This document shows positions 14,057 through 27,005 of a DNA stretch of 64,000 nt, one piece after another (within the stretch, counting starts at the first letter, position 1; each line of letters starts with the position of its first letter). Position numbers and translations under genes: made by a program. The notes under the pieces are model-generated. The model worked only from the letters and a program-made list of their open reading frames with translations. It was not told the DNA's origin and made no database searches. The stretch is taken from positions 126,108,001 through 126,172,000 of the forward strand of contig OZ024741.1 in assembly GCA_964016885.1 (NCBI GenBank). The letters are read 5' to 3'. The stretch comes from Eledone cirrhosa. Taxonomy: Eukaryota.

Positions 14057-14199
14057 CATGTATGTATGTGCGTGTAAGTGAGTAGAGTAGCGTGTGTGTG
14101 TGTTTGTTGTATGTATGAGTGTTGCTGTGTGCGCGCATATGTATGCGTGTGTGTGTATGTCGTACGTATAAGTGTCAATAAGTGATTTTTTTTTTTTTT

Positions 14200-14504
14200 G
14201 CGCGGGGACATAGAAATAATCGGGCTGGATGCCCGATCGCGCAGTTAAATCACTGGGAGTGAAGAACCCCTAACCCTTGTCAGGGTATTCTTCTAGGAGA
14301 AGGCATCTCAGGAAACTGGGTTAACTCCGATATAAAACCTGCGGCTCAGTAGTTACCGATGATGTTGATCTTTTCTTCTTTTCGGGTTATAGCTACTGTC
14401 GCTCAGAGAGTGGGATTGGTTCAGTGCACAGTCTTTCCTCACTTTAAAAATATTCGTCACGCACAGGCATTGCACGTGTGCATTAATAATTATTAATAGT
14501 GTAC

Positions 14505-14543
<39 letters not shown>

Positions 14544-17500
14544 TATTATTACTTTTTTTTTTTTTTTTCCCAATTCAATGATGTTCCAGAACAATGTAAA
14601 CGAGATAATTGCCAATTTGGGTTCTGGAACAAAAAAGATCATTGGCAATAAGGACAGGGGCCCCAAGTTATCACAACCTGGGCCCGCCCGTCATCGTGCC
14701 ATTGTAATAGAGCCTAACAGGGCATTTAGTCTTGGCTGCTGGAACGTACGGACGCTGCTTGACAGGGATTCTTTGGAGCGTCCTGAACGAAGGACCGCTC
14801 TTGTTGAAAAGGAGCTTCGACGTTACGATCTTGACATCGTGGCTTTGTCTGAGACGAGGTTAGCTGGAGATGGTCATCTTACGGAATTTTGTGGAGAATA
14901 TACATTCTTCTGGAAAGGAAGAGATGAAGGAACCAGAAGAGAGGCTGGGGTAGGATTTGCTGTTAAGACTGTACTGGTGAATAAATTAGAAGAATTCCCA
15001 GTGGGGATTAGTGAGCGTCTTATGTCCATGAGAGATCCGCTGGACAAGGGAAGATATGCTACCCTGGTGAGTGTGTATGCTCCAACTATGAATTCTGTCG
15101 ATGAAGAAAAACTGTCCTTTTACCATGCCCTGAAAGGTGTTCTAAGAAATATCCCTCAGGCAGACAAAGTCATCGTGCTTGGTGACTTTAATGCTAGAGT
15201 GGGTAGGGATTTTAACACATGGAATGTAATCGGAAGGCATGGGGTGGGAAAGTGTAACAGCAATGGTATGCTCTTTCTGCAGATGTGTGAGGAGCTGGAT
15301 CTGTGTGTTACCAGCACCATGTTCCAACAAAAGAACAAATTCAAGACCAAATGGATGCATCCTGCATCTAAGGAATGGCATCTTTTGGACTACGTCCTAG
15401 TCAGGATGCGTGACAGACAGGATGTGCAGTGTGTTCGTGTTCTTCGTGGAGCTGAGTGCTGGACGGACCACCGCCTGGTACGCGCAAAAGTGAATCTAAT
15501 CACCAAACGTAAAATCCGGGCTCCTGGTGTTACCCTGCCCAAAAGATTGAATGCTGCTCGTCTTAAGGATAAAAATGTGAAGAGGACATTGGAAGAAGAG
15601 ATGCAGGCTGCAGATCTTGGTGAGGATTGGCCGACCCTTAAAAAGTCGGTTTATGATGTAGGCAGACGTGTTCTGGGATTGGTGCAGAGAAAACATCAGG
15701 ACTGGTTTAATGAGAATGATGTGCATATAGAAGACTTGTTGGCTGATAAGAGGCGTGCTCTGTCACGCTACTTGACGGCAAAAACCACAGGAGAGGAATA
15801 CGTTGCATGAGGAGCTCAGGGATGTAAAATCACGTGTTAGGCGGAGTCTTTCTCAGATGAAGGATCAGTGGTGGAGTGAGAAGGCTGGTGAGATACAAAC
15901 TGCGTCTGATTGCAATAACACAAAGCTGTTGTACAGTCTCTTGCGTGAGGTTTATGGACCGTCTTCTTATCTGGTGACACCGATTCGCAGCAAGGATGGC
16001 AAAGAACTTATTCGTGACTCACAGGGAATTCTACGAAGGTGGCGAGAGCACTTTGATGATCTTTTGAATCAGCCGTCTGTCGTCAGTGAAGATTTCCTCA
16101 ATCTCATTCCGGAAAGTCCTGTGAAAGTAGCTCTCGCAGAACCTCCGACACTTGTGGAGGTTGCAGTGGCTATTTCGAAGCTGAACAGTGGAAGATCTCC
16201 AGGTATGGATGGCATACATGCTGAGCTCCTACAATATGGTGGTGAGAGACTCTTGCAACATCTTCACTCTCTGTTTGGAAGGATATGGGCTAATGAATCC
16301 GTGCCTGAGGACTGGAGAGATGCAGTAATGGTGGTCTTGTACAAGGGAAAGGGTAACAGGAATGATTGTGGGAACTACAGAGGTATATCATTGCTTTCTG
16401 TCGTGGGAAAGTTTTATGTAGGGTGCTTCTGGACCGTCTGCTGACACACATTGCAGATTGTGTCCTTCCTGAAAGTCAATCTGGTTTTCGTGCTGGACGC
16501 GGCACTACTGATATGATCTTCTCAGCTAGACAGCTCCAGGAGAAGTGCATTGAACAGGGCTTGGATCTGTATCAGGTTTTTGTCGATCTGACAAAGGCTT
16601 TCGATACTCTCAACAGAGATGCATTATGGAAGGTTCTCCAGAAACTTGGTTGCCCTGATAAGTTCCTTGCTTTAGTTAGGTCTTTCCATGACGACATGAA
16701 GGCTTGGGTTAATGTCGGAGGTAACATGTCGGAGCCTATCTCAGTAAAAAATGGAGTGAAACAGGGGGATATTCCAGCACCGACCCTGTTTGCCATATAC
16801 TTTGCAATGGTTTTCTGTATTGCATTCAGGAATTGCGAGCATGGTGTTTACATCCGATATCGAACCTCAGACAGCATATTTAACATCAGGCGCTTTGCTG
16901 CGAAGACAAACGTATTTATATCAGTCATAAGAGACCTCTTGTATGCAGATGATTGCGATCTTGTAGCGCACACAGAGAGTGATATGCAGCACATTTTGAA
17001 TGTATTTTCTGACGCTTGCACTGCCCTGGGTTTGACTGTCAGTCTCAAGAAAACCGTCGTCATGTACCAACCTGCCCCTGGTAAGCAGTACACTGAACCA
17101 AACATCTATGTGTATGACAAACGACTTGGAGTGGTTGATCAGTTTGTCTACCTGGGAAGCACTGTCAATCGATACGGCAACCTTGACGGTGAAATCTCAC
17201 TTAGGATTAGGAAAGCAAGTGATGCTTTCGGAAAGCTAGAAAGGCGACTCTGGGGTCGGCGAGACATATGCAGGAGGACAAAGGTAAGGGTGTACAGGGC
17301 ATGTGTACTCTCTTGTCTTCTTTATGCCTGCGAGACCTGGGTCACATATCGACGCCACCTTAAGCAATTGGAGCGTTTCCATCAGATGTGTCTCAGACGG
17401 ATCCATGGCGTTCACTGGAGGGACCACATCAGTGATGTCGAGATTTTGGAAAGCTCTATGTGTGACAGTATAGAAGCTCTTGTGCTTAAGCAGCGACTCC

Positions 17501-18131
17501 GTTGGAGTGGTCACCTTGCCAGGATGAAGGATTCTAGAATACCAAAACAACTCTTCTATGGAGAGTTGGTTAAAGGAAAACGACCGCCACATAAACCAAA
17601 AAAGAGGTATAAGGATTCCTTGAAAGCCTCTCTGAAAGACGCTAACATCTCTGCTGATACATGGGAAAATATTGCTGCTGATCGTAATAAATGGAGAAAG
17701 ACTGTATATGAGGGAAAAGTTGCCTTTGAGGCATCTCGAATCGCACACGAGAAAGTAAAGCGGGACGTGAGGAAGGGCATTGCTGTTGCACTTCCAGACG
17801 GCGAGGGTCCTCCTATGGTTCTGACATGCAGCGTCTGTGCGAGACTCTGCCTAAGCAAAGCTGGACTCGAAAGTCATCTTCGCAGTCATAAAGTAAGACC
17901 AGTGGTTGACTACCAGGCTTCTGTTGGAGATGCTACTCATCATGCTTGCCAAACATGTGGTAGAGAATGTAAATCAGCAGGAGGACTCAAGCGACATGCA
18001 AAAGTACACGAACTCCAACCACAGCCGACTATTCCCAGTAAATGTTTTGGTTGCCGACTCTGTGCAAGACATTTTAGATCATTGGCTGGGCTAAAAAGCC
18101 ACATTCGATCGCAGCACTGTTAGTTGCTATC

Positions 18132-18163
<32 letters not shown>

Positions 18164-18242
18164 GCTTATGTGCGTGCGTGTGTGTGTATATATATATGAA
18201 TATGTATATTATTATTGTTGTTGTCGTTATTATTATTATTGC

Positions 18243-18300
<58 letters not shown>

Positions 18301-18391
18301 ATTGTTATTAATGTATGTGTGTATATATGTGTGAGTGTATGTGTATGTATGTGTGTGTGTATATATGTATGTATGTATATGTATGTGTGTG

Positions 18392-18442
<51 letters not shown>

Positions 18443-18464
18443 TTTCCCTTTTTTTTTTTTTTAA

Positions 18465-18499
<35 letters not shown>

Positions 18500-18592
18500 T
18501 TTTTATTTTTTTTATTTTTTATTTTATTTTATTTTTATTTTTATTTTTTTCTTGTGCAATGGCCATACTCGATAACGAGGGGGCAGCCATCA
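14200..18592 (+). mobile_element. RTE-clade LINE, near full length, two frameshifts
   Basis: 5' UTR, APE-RT-ZnF coding region, and 3' end GGCCATACTCGATAACGAG...CAGCCATC followed by (ATGT)n. Confidence 0.9.
14578..18123 (+). pseudogene. RTE ORF: APE endonuclease + reverse transcriptase + three C2H2 zinc fingers, split at about 15800 and 16410
   Basis: WNVRTL, LSETRL, VYAPT, LGDFNARVG, LLDYVLV, TDHRLV; GRSPGMDG, NYRGISLL, FVDLTKAFD, GVKQGD, LLYADD, YLGS; CSVC..H, CQTC..H...H, CRLC..H....H. Confidence 0.92.
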
Positions 18593-18674
18593 TGTATGTA
18601 TGCATATATGTATGCATGCATGTATGTATGTATGTATGTATGCATGTATGCATATATGTATGTATACATGTATG

Positions 18675-18960
18675 TTGGTTAAGAGAGTGGGACTGGCTTT
18701 GTGCAGTACCTTTGCTCACTATAAAAGCTTCACGGCACAGGCATTGCTTTATATCTGGAGATCTCTCTGCACTTGTCGTCACATGGTACCATGGGCCCAA
18801 CACTATGTGTCAATAATTGTCACAAGTGTAGTGTTTGTACCAGAGTTTTCAAGTCGCTGGCTGGACTAAAAAGTCACACTCGTTCAGCGCATCAGTAGGG
18901 GTTCTCCTACATGGATATAAAGTAGTGGCCGTACTCGAAAACGAGTTGGCAGCCACCATG
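18675..18960 (+). mobile_element. Non-autonomous RTE derivative (copy of 12585-12870)
   Basis: Near-identical sequence inserted in the (ATGT)n tail of the RTE, with its own (ATGT)n tail. Confidence 0.8.
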
Positions 18961-20849
18961 TATGTATGTATGTATGTATGTATGTATGTATGTATGTATG
19001 TATGCATGTATGCATGTATGTATGTATGTATGTATGTATGTATGTATGTATGTATGTATGTATGTATGCATGTATGTATGTATGTATGTATGCATGTATG
19101 TATGTATGCATTATGTATGCATGTATATAGGTATATAGGTATGTATGTATGTATATATGTATGTATGTATACTAAAACCAGATAAGAATTCAAAGACTGT
19201 TCAGTTTTGAGAATTCCCGTTATTGAAACATTGGAATTCGACGTATTGCAAGCGTGAACTTATTCTTTCAATAAATAGGAGTATAAGAGTTTGTTTTGTT
19301 TTTGTTTTGTTTGTTGTTATTTCTGACAGACAGAGAGAACTGCACATACATACATATATACATATACATATATACATATACATATACATATATACATACA
19401 TATACACACACATACATATACACACACATACATATACACAAACATACATATACACAAATATACATACACACACACACATACATACATATGTTTGTTGTTA
19501 TTTCTGAGAAACGGAGAGAACTGCACATACATACATATATACATATACATACATACATACACACACACATGCAAACATACACACACACGCACACACAGAT
19601 ACATACATATACACACATACATATACACACACATACATATACACATACGCACATACATACATATACACACATACATACATACACACATGCATACATACAC
19701 ACATACACACAGATATACATACATACACATATACATACATACAGATATACATACATATCGATCTATTTCCTTTTGAGGCTTTGAAAAAATCAATGAAAGA
19801 AACTACTGTCAAATGTCAGGAAAAACGGGGAAATAGATAAAAATGAAAGAAAAAAATTTAAAATTTGCTGGAATTCATATAAATTTCGGAAGATTTATTG
19901 AAACATATATTAATAGGTTAGACTAAAAGTATTAGAAGACATTTAAAAATGTTTCCCTCTGGTAGGTCTCTGTTGGTTCTTTGTGTAACTCGGAATTTGT
20001 TTGTTATTTGATTTCATTTTTTCTTCGTGAACAATAGAATATCTAAGAAAAAATGAAACAAAGAAAAATAATTTTATCCTTTATAGTAATTCTCTTTAAG
20101 CATTCCGCACCATTTCACCCACTCATATATATTATATCTTTACCAAATATCTGTTGATTTCTCTTTCCGCTGTTTTTTTTCCCTTGCCTTTTCTTTTGTT
20201 TTTAAAGTGTTCGTTTGTTTTTATTTTTAAATAAAAATATTACTTCCTTCTATGAACGTCTGTATTCATTCTTTTAACTGAACTGTCATTATCACTAAGA
20301 ATCTAAAACAATAGCACTCAACTTCTAAATCATAGAGCGTGATGTATTATGTAAGAATAAAAATACTTAACATCGATTTTACAGAAAGGATTATTTAAGT
20401 GTAAACCGTTTGAAAGGTTCATACAATTTTCATGTTTTTTTAAAATCAAAACTAAGGGAAATTATACAGTTTTTTTAATTAATTTATTTTCCCTAACATT
20501 ATTTTATTTTTGCTGCCCCTCCCCATACCTACTACGGGTTATTATTTCTGTGTAAAAGCAAAATGTGACTGCCTGGATGAATGGACTAAAAATGCAGTTA
20601 CAATTAATAAATATAACTTATACAAAAAACTTTACATATTTTATCGCATAAAAAATTCGTTGGGTTTAGTCAACATATAAAAAGAATATGGATTTTTGAA
20701 TAGTTTACACTTAAATGGCCTGCATATTACAATTAACCTTTTTGATATTTTCGACATTTAGAAAAATCTCCATTCAAAGTGCTTATATTTAAATTAAAAC
20801 ATTTCAACCATGTAAGAACCCTTTTCTGATAAATTACTTTCTAAACACC

Positions 20850-22000
20850 AGCAAGTGGACTGGAGATATGTGAAATAAAGCGCCTTGCTCAAGGAGACAA
20901 CGTGCCATTGGAAATTAACTGTTGACCGTGAGCCGAACACCCTAACTACTAAGCCTTCACATATATACTTACAAAAACACAGCACCTGTAACACTATTCG
21001 ATCTCGTGCCTCATCATTTATTATGTATTTAGTTGATTATATGGACTAGTTCTACCGAATAGGTTTCATACTTCGAAATTGACAGGTTCGTATTTCTAGA
21101 AGATGCAAATGACATGTCATTTATTCATTTAGCGTGATATACATTGCTGTCGCAAAATTACAAGAGATAAAAATAAATAGAACAATAAAAATATAAACGA
21201 ATCCGAAAATAAAAACTAACTTGATACAAATAAAGAAAACCTTGTGAAAAATGATTGTCGGAATATTTTACGATCTTTTCTAAATTTTAAGTAAAACAAA
21301 AATGTAGCAATAAACCTACGCCAAATATTTCTTTTTCTTCTTTTTCTTCCTTTTCTTTTTTCTCTTCTTTTTCTCTTTCAGTTGTCATTTGAAGTTGTCA
21401 AAAACAATACTGATATGTCTTCCATTTTGGTTATCCTTTGCCTATGTGTGTGGGTTGTGAAGACGCGTAGCCTAGTGGTTAAAGTGTCGGACTCACGATC
21501 ATAAGGACGTATGTTCAATTCTAGGATTAGAAAGAACGTTATGTACTTGAGTTTTTCATATTGTTTCATTCCACATTGTTTCTTACGATAGGATTGGGCT
21601 CCCTATCATTGAAACATCCAAGAAAGTTCCTATGAAATACCTCATAAGAGGCAAACTAAAACTGCATATGGCATGAGCAGTAAATTTCATTTCACGTTTT
21701 TTTTTACTTATGTGTATTAGACAAGTGTTCATGTTGTTTTACTAATGGAACAGCCTACTCGAGGAAATTGAAGTGCATGTGATTGAACATTCCACAGACA
21801 CGTGTATTATAAAAGTATTTCTTAAAGATATTCAGTGTGACAAGGTTAGTTCTTTGAATTACGCACTTAACCCACTTTTTCTCCAGTTGAGTGGACTAGA
21901 AAAACAGCAAAGTGTTTTGCACAGGAGAAAGCATGTTGCTGGATCAAGGAATCAAACACACGATCATGAGCTGAACACCCTAAGACCTAAGCCAGGCGCC
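20850..22000. mobile_element. Decayed tRNA-SINE copies (about 20850-20960 -, 21460-21575 +, 21725-22000 -)
   Basis: Remnants of TAGTGGTTA heads and TTGAGCAAG...TTTATTTCAC cores. Confidence 0.5.
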
Positions 22001-22294
22001 CCAACGAAGGTTGTTACTATTCTAGAAGGAAACATAATCCCAAGAATTGTAAAATGGTGATAACACAACAGCAATAAAGACACTAGTGTTACACAATAAA
22101 TTCTATTTTTCAAATAGTAATGCTGTATTTAATCGTTTTATCGTGGCAACAGTGAAGTTTCGAATATCTATTATCACAGATGTTTGTGCAGCTTTACTTT
22201 GATGATTATCTTCTCCAGAATTTCAACAGCAGGTTTAACACGGTAACTTTCAATGTGTGTGCGGCGGGCGTGTGCATAACTATGTATATGCATG

Positions 22295-22325
<31 letters not shown>

Positions 22326-22476
22326 AAAAAAAATATGATCAACACTAACGTGTTTTTTTTTTGTAAAATGACAATAATTTTTTTTTTTTTTTTTTTGAAA
22401 TATATATATATAAACTATGCCGTTAATTTCCTTAACTTTACGCTAAAAAATCTACTCCAAAACAACGCCATCCACG

Positions 22477-22511
<35 letters not shown>

Positions 22512-22513
22512 AC

Positions 22514-22547
<34 letters not shown>

Positions 22548-22596
22548 CCAGGTGCGTATTTCAAAACCTTTTTTTAAAATCATATTCTCTATATAC

Positions 22597-22647
<51 letters not shown>

Positions 22648-23004
22648 TTTAAGTGTATATTTATATATATATGCACACACATACACACGTTTAAGTTTGT
22701 ATGTGTAGCGTTCGTTGTATGATGTAAATATCAGTGAGCTTGTTGGAAATCCGATACTTTACAAAGTCCTTTCTTATATTTGTTTTTACCGCGTTACAAA
22801 CACGACTGTGCTTAAGTATATTCTCTTTTACAAAGGATTTCCTTGCATTTTTCAATCCATTTGTATGGCATATTCACAAATTATGGAATTAGTGTGCATT
22901 CATTTCTTGTAGTAGTAATGTATGGTCTATGATTATTTACTTGTTGAGGCATTTTTTCTATAAGCGAGGGAATTTGTTCTTCTGTATGTATATATATATG
23001 TATG

Positions 23005-23055
<51 letters not shown>

Positions 23056-23157
23056 GTATGTATATGTATGAGTTTGTATGTATGTGTATATATATATATA
23101 TATATGAGTATGTTTACATGTGCATGTGTGCATATATATGTACATATGTATATATAA

Positions 23158-23214
<57 letters not shown>

Positions 23215-23270
23215 TATGTATACATGTGTATGTGTGCATATATATGTGCACACACACACACATATATATA

Positions 23271-24272
23271 TACTAGCATTAAAGCCCGGCGTTGCTCGGG
23301 GTCATTAAGTTACCAAAGTTAGGTTGCACCTCCCATTTTATGGCAGCACCTTTTTGTCTGCCAGGCACTGGGTGAATGAATTGCAGACCTGGAAGCATGA
23401 GCTGCGCCAGCAGTGACAATTGTAGTTTCGCCTATGGATATTATCTCTGTGCAAAAAAGTGTTGAAATTTATTGTTTCACAGTACTTGCGCAACACGCGC
23501 GTAGACGATGCCAGCCGAACAACAGAGCTGCGATGGAGTTGTTCTGCATGGTTGTCTGTGTGTTTTCTAAATTTAAGACAGTAGGAAGGGTTGTGATATG
23601 AGGGAGAGTTAGCTGTTGTTTCTAGCAGGTTTAGTGACCTCATAGAGGATATGTGTTTTCTAAATTTAAGACAGTAGGGAGTGGTGTGATATGGGGGAGA
23701 GTTAGCTGCTGTTTCTAGCAGGTTTAGTGACCTCATAGAAGATATGTTTTCTAAATTTAAGACAGTAGGGAGGGGTGTGATATGGGGAGAGTTAGCTGCT
23801 GTTTCTAGCAGGTTTAGTAACCTCATAGAGGATATGTGTTTTCTAAATTTAAGACAGTAGGGAGTGATGTGGGGAGGGGTGTGATATGGGGGAGAGTTAG
23901 CTGCTGTTTCTAGCAGGTTTAGTAACCTCATAAGAGGATATGTGTTTTCTAAATTTAAGACAGTAGGGAGTGGTGTGAACGGACAGTATCACCATCAAGC
24001 TTGGAAAGAGAAAGTAGCAGAAAGTATGAAGTTGTATAGATTTTGAATGGTAGTAGAAAGAGTTCAGCAGTTTAAATGAGAGAGAAAAATCGTAAAATAT
24101 TGAGTTTTATCTATTTTTGCGTAATTGTGGGTGAAATTGAAAAAATTATCTGCGTCAAGACGCAATCGAAACTATTTCGAATATTGAGTTGTAAATTTCA
24201 ATTGAAGAAATTCTATATCGTAGATTTCTATAACGAAGGAGGATGACCACACACTGAGCTTTATAGATTATG
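23271..24272. mobile_element. Non-autonomous Helitron-like element with internal minisatellite
   Basis: Begins ACTAG...CCCGGCGTTGCTCGGG (subterminal hairpin), the same architecture as 33541. Inserted beside (TA)n. Confidence 0.5.
23558..23978. repeat. ~92-bp tandem repeat, ~4.4 copies
   Basis: TGTTTTCTAAATTTAAGACAGTAGG recurs at 23561, 23654, 23745, 23837 and 23943. Confidence 0.92.
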
Positions 24273-24629
24273 ATACATATATAGTGAACATCATTCTTTC
24301 AAACATGTTATATTGAAAACACAATTTTGATCCAGTTCTTAGTTCATTATGCTTAGTTTGAGCTAGTAGTGTTTCCAAATCCATATGTGTGTGCGTACAT
24401 ATGTTAACGTTTCGAAGCCATCACGGCTCATCTTCAATTTTAAATCAGGCTGTCACTTTTTCCTATCATTTTTTTGATACGTTACGACAACACTGCTAAG
24501 CATTTGGCCAATAAGCCACTAATATGGCCAGCCTGTTTCTGAAGATGGCTTTGTAATATTAATATTCACATGGATATAGGAATCTTACTGTCCCAAACTA
24601 ATACAGAAGTAGTAAACATAATTCATAAT

Positions 24630-24810
24630 AATTGTTTCTACTTTTGGCACAAGGCCAGCAATTATCCCAGTGAATTACTGGTACTTTATTTTATTGACCC
24701 CATAAGGATGAAAGGCAAAATTAACCTCGGTGGGATTTGAACTCATAAAGGGCCCTAACTCTATGCTGCAAAGCATGGCGTTCGACCCTCTACCGATACT
24801 GCCCTGGAGC
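24630..24810 (-). mobile_element. tRNA-derived SINE
   Basis: Reverse complement of the 5786 family (GGATTTGAACTC, GGATGAAAGGCAAA). Confidence 0.75.
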
Positions 24811-25974
24811 TACAGTAATATTTTTAATATAGCACACGCACGCGCACACTATTATGTCGATTTTGTCAGCGTTCAGGTCACAAACAACGACCGAACATTT
24901 GGACACCCTGAAATAAATGATACATTTAAAGTCAATTGAACTGTTTTTGTGTTTTATTTTTTATGGCTGACTGCACTCTCAACCAGATGTAATTGATGGT
25001 ACCTATTACGCTTTTAAAGATTTTTATTTATTTTTTGGGAGTAAAGAACACTCTGTGATTCAAACTGTTCGCCTTGACACATGCTGTGTCACACTGAATC
25101 TTCCTGAGAACTAAGTGTCTGTGGAATGTTAAGCCACTTTCTGTTTTTTTCTTTACGAACAGTTTGTTCAACAGAGGTGCAATCCACATACAAATCTCAT
25201 CTTGTGAAGTTTCTTTGATCTCATGTGTCTCAGATATTTTCAATATCTGATATTTAAGATACTTTATGTAGTTTAGTTGTTAACATAATAAAATATAACC
25301 TATATTATATACGAAAGTGAAATATCTCCTTTTGTGACAGTAATTCGCAGTTAACTTTGTCAAACATTCAATTTAATCACATTTCACTGAATGTCGACGC
25401 AACTAATAGACTATCTAGCTTATCGTATTCACACGGATTTTCTGTTTAGTAACTTAATTATAGTGATACAAAATGTTTCTTCTTATCAATCATTTATTTG
25501 CTATTGTCGCGTTTTCTATATCGAATATAGAACTCGTTAATTGTGCTTATATTGGCAAATCTCTATATCTATGAGTAATTGGCGCCACGTAACTTACCCG
25601 AACTCTGAACGACAAGATATCATATTTCAACAAATATCAGTAAAAATACATCAGTAATATGAAGTAGTTACGTTGGGAAAGCTAAGCTGGTACAATGTAA
25701 ATTTAAAATGCAAATGTGAAAACTAGAATAAACTAAGAAAAAACAGTTTACACATATATTAGTAAGATGAAGTAGATAGCTTATATAAAGCTTTGTTTGA
25801 TATGGATGTTTGGGGAAAACTGATACAATAGTAATGAAAAATACAAGAAGTGAAAACTTGAGTAGAGTCAGGGCCGGACTTTCACCTGATGAGGCCTTAA
25901 GCTATAGGAAATATAATAATTATTTTTTAAAATTAATGTTAATGATAAAGAATAAATTGTATGTATGTATTTTA

Positions 25975-26425
25975 TGTCAGGTGGCTCTTCAACATGTAAC
26001 CCAGTCGGATCATCGGCGACTAAACCGGCAACCCCACCGAGATTTCTTGCTGAGGAGCGTGATTTTGGACTCCCTGCAGGATGAAAATCAAAATGCGTAA
26101 AAGGGCGGAGGAACTCAGGAGAGTCAACGACCATCCATGAAAGTTTTCTTTTCAGCGAGAGACTCCTGGTCTTCATTAAGACATCTCTTTATAAAACCCG
26201 CGACTTCGTTTGCATCCAATGATATAGAACAGTTCTTTTTGGGTAAATGCACTCGATGTTCAGAGAGTGGGATTGGCATCGCTTGATATGTGACATTTTT
26301 TGCGATGCATGGCATTGCTTGCCATAGGCAAGTCCCTAGAAGACTAAAAAGTCACGTCTGTGATACTCATGCTTAAGTATCAAGCGATGGCATTACTCAA
26401 AATCGAGTTGCAGCCATCATCATCA
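25975..26425 (+). mobile_element. Non-autonomous RTE-derived element
   Basis: Shares AACATGTAACCCAGT, GGCGGAGGAACTCAG, CAGAGAGTGGGATTGG, GACTAAAAAGTCAC and CTCAAAATCGAG...CAGCCATC with the 7095 and 12463 elements. Confidence 0.6.
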
Positions 26426-26799
26426 TGTATATATATATATATATATATATATTTATGATTTAGTGTTAAAGAATAAAAACTGATGATAAAATAAAGAACA
26501 TATTTTAAAAAATGAGGCCCCAGAGGTGTGTGGCTCTAGCTTATTTAGCATATAAGTATATAAGTAAGTCTAGAACAGAGTAGAGTACGAAAAACAACAA
26601 TTTTAAACATTTACTTAGAATTTCATGATATTTTAAAGTTAGGACCTCTCTTTCAAAAGAAAGAAGATGTAATATGGTGTTGGTGACGGTTGGTGATCTA
26701 CTGCTCAACTTCTTTTTTTCAATGAGTTCCTAACCTCGAAATATCACGAGGTAAAAGAGTAAGCTTTTGTTTTATGTTTCATATTTTATTCGTCTCGTA

Positions 26800-27005
26800 T
26801 GGCGGTGGATTGGCAGTATCGGTAGAGAGTCGGACGCCATGCTTTGCAGCATAGAGTTACGGTCTAAGTTCAAATCCCGCCAAGGTTAACTTTGCCTTTC
26901 ATCCTCACGGGGTCGATAAAATAAAGCACCAGTAACGTACTGGAGTCGATTTAGTCGAATTTCCCCTCCCCTCAAATTACTAGCATTGTGCCTATACTAG
27001 AAATC
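26800..27005 (+). mobile_element. tRNA-derived SINE
   Basis: 5786 family with A and B boxes intact. Confidence 0.8.

Larger units (their letters stand above)
11757..14090. repeat. (TATG)n / (TGCA)-variant microsatellite tracts with nested insertions
   Basis: Direct reading. Source of the HTYI/MYVC pseudo-ORFs. Confidence 0.95.

Noticed and set aside
14200-14480. HDV-like ribozyme in the RTE (or R4) 5' UTR
   Set aside because: Known in some RTE/R4 elements, but I could not trace the nested double pseudoknot by eye. Needs a descriptor search.
24402-24440. UUGAAGA-GAGCC/GGCUU-GAAACGUU on the minus strand
   Set aside because: C3 is mutated and there is no stem I. At best a dead relic.
25886-25920. 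CTGATGA...GAAA
   Set aside because: No stem I pairing.
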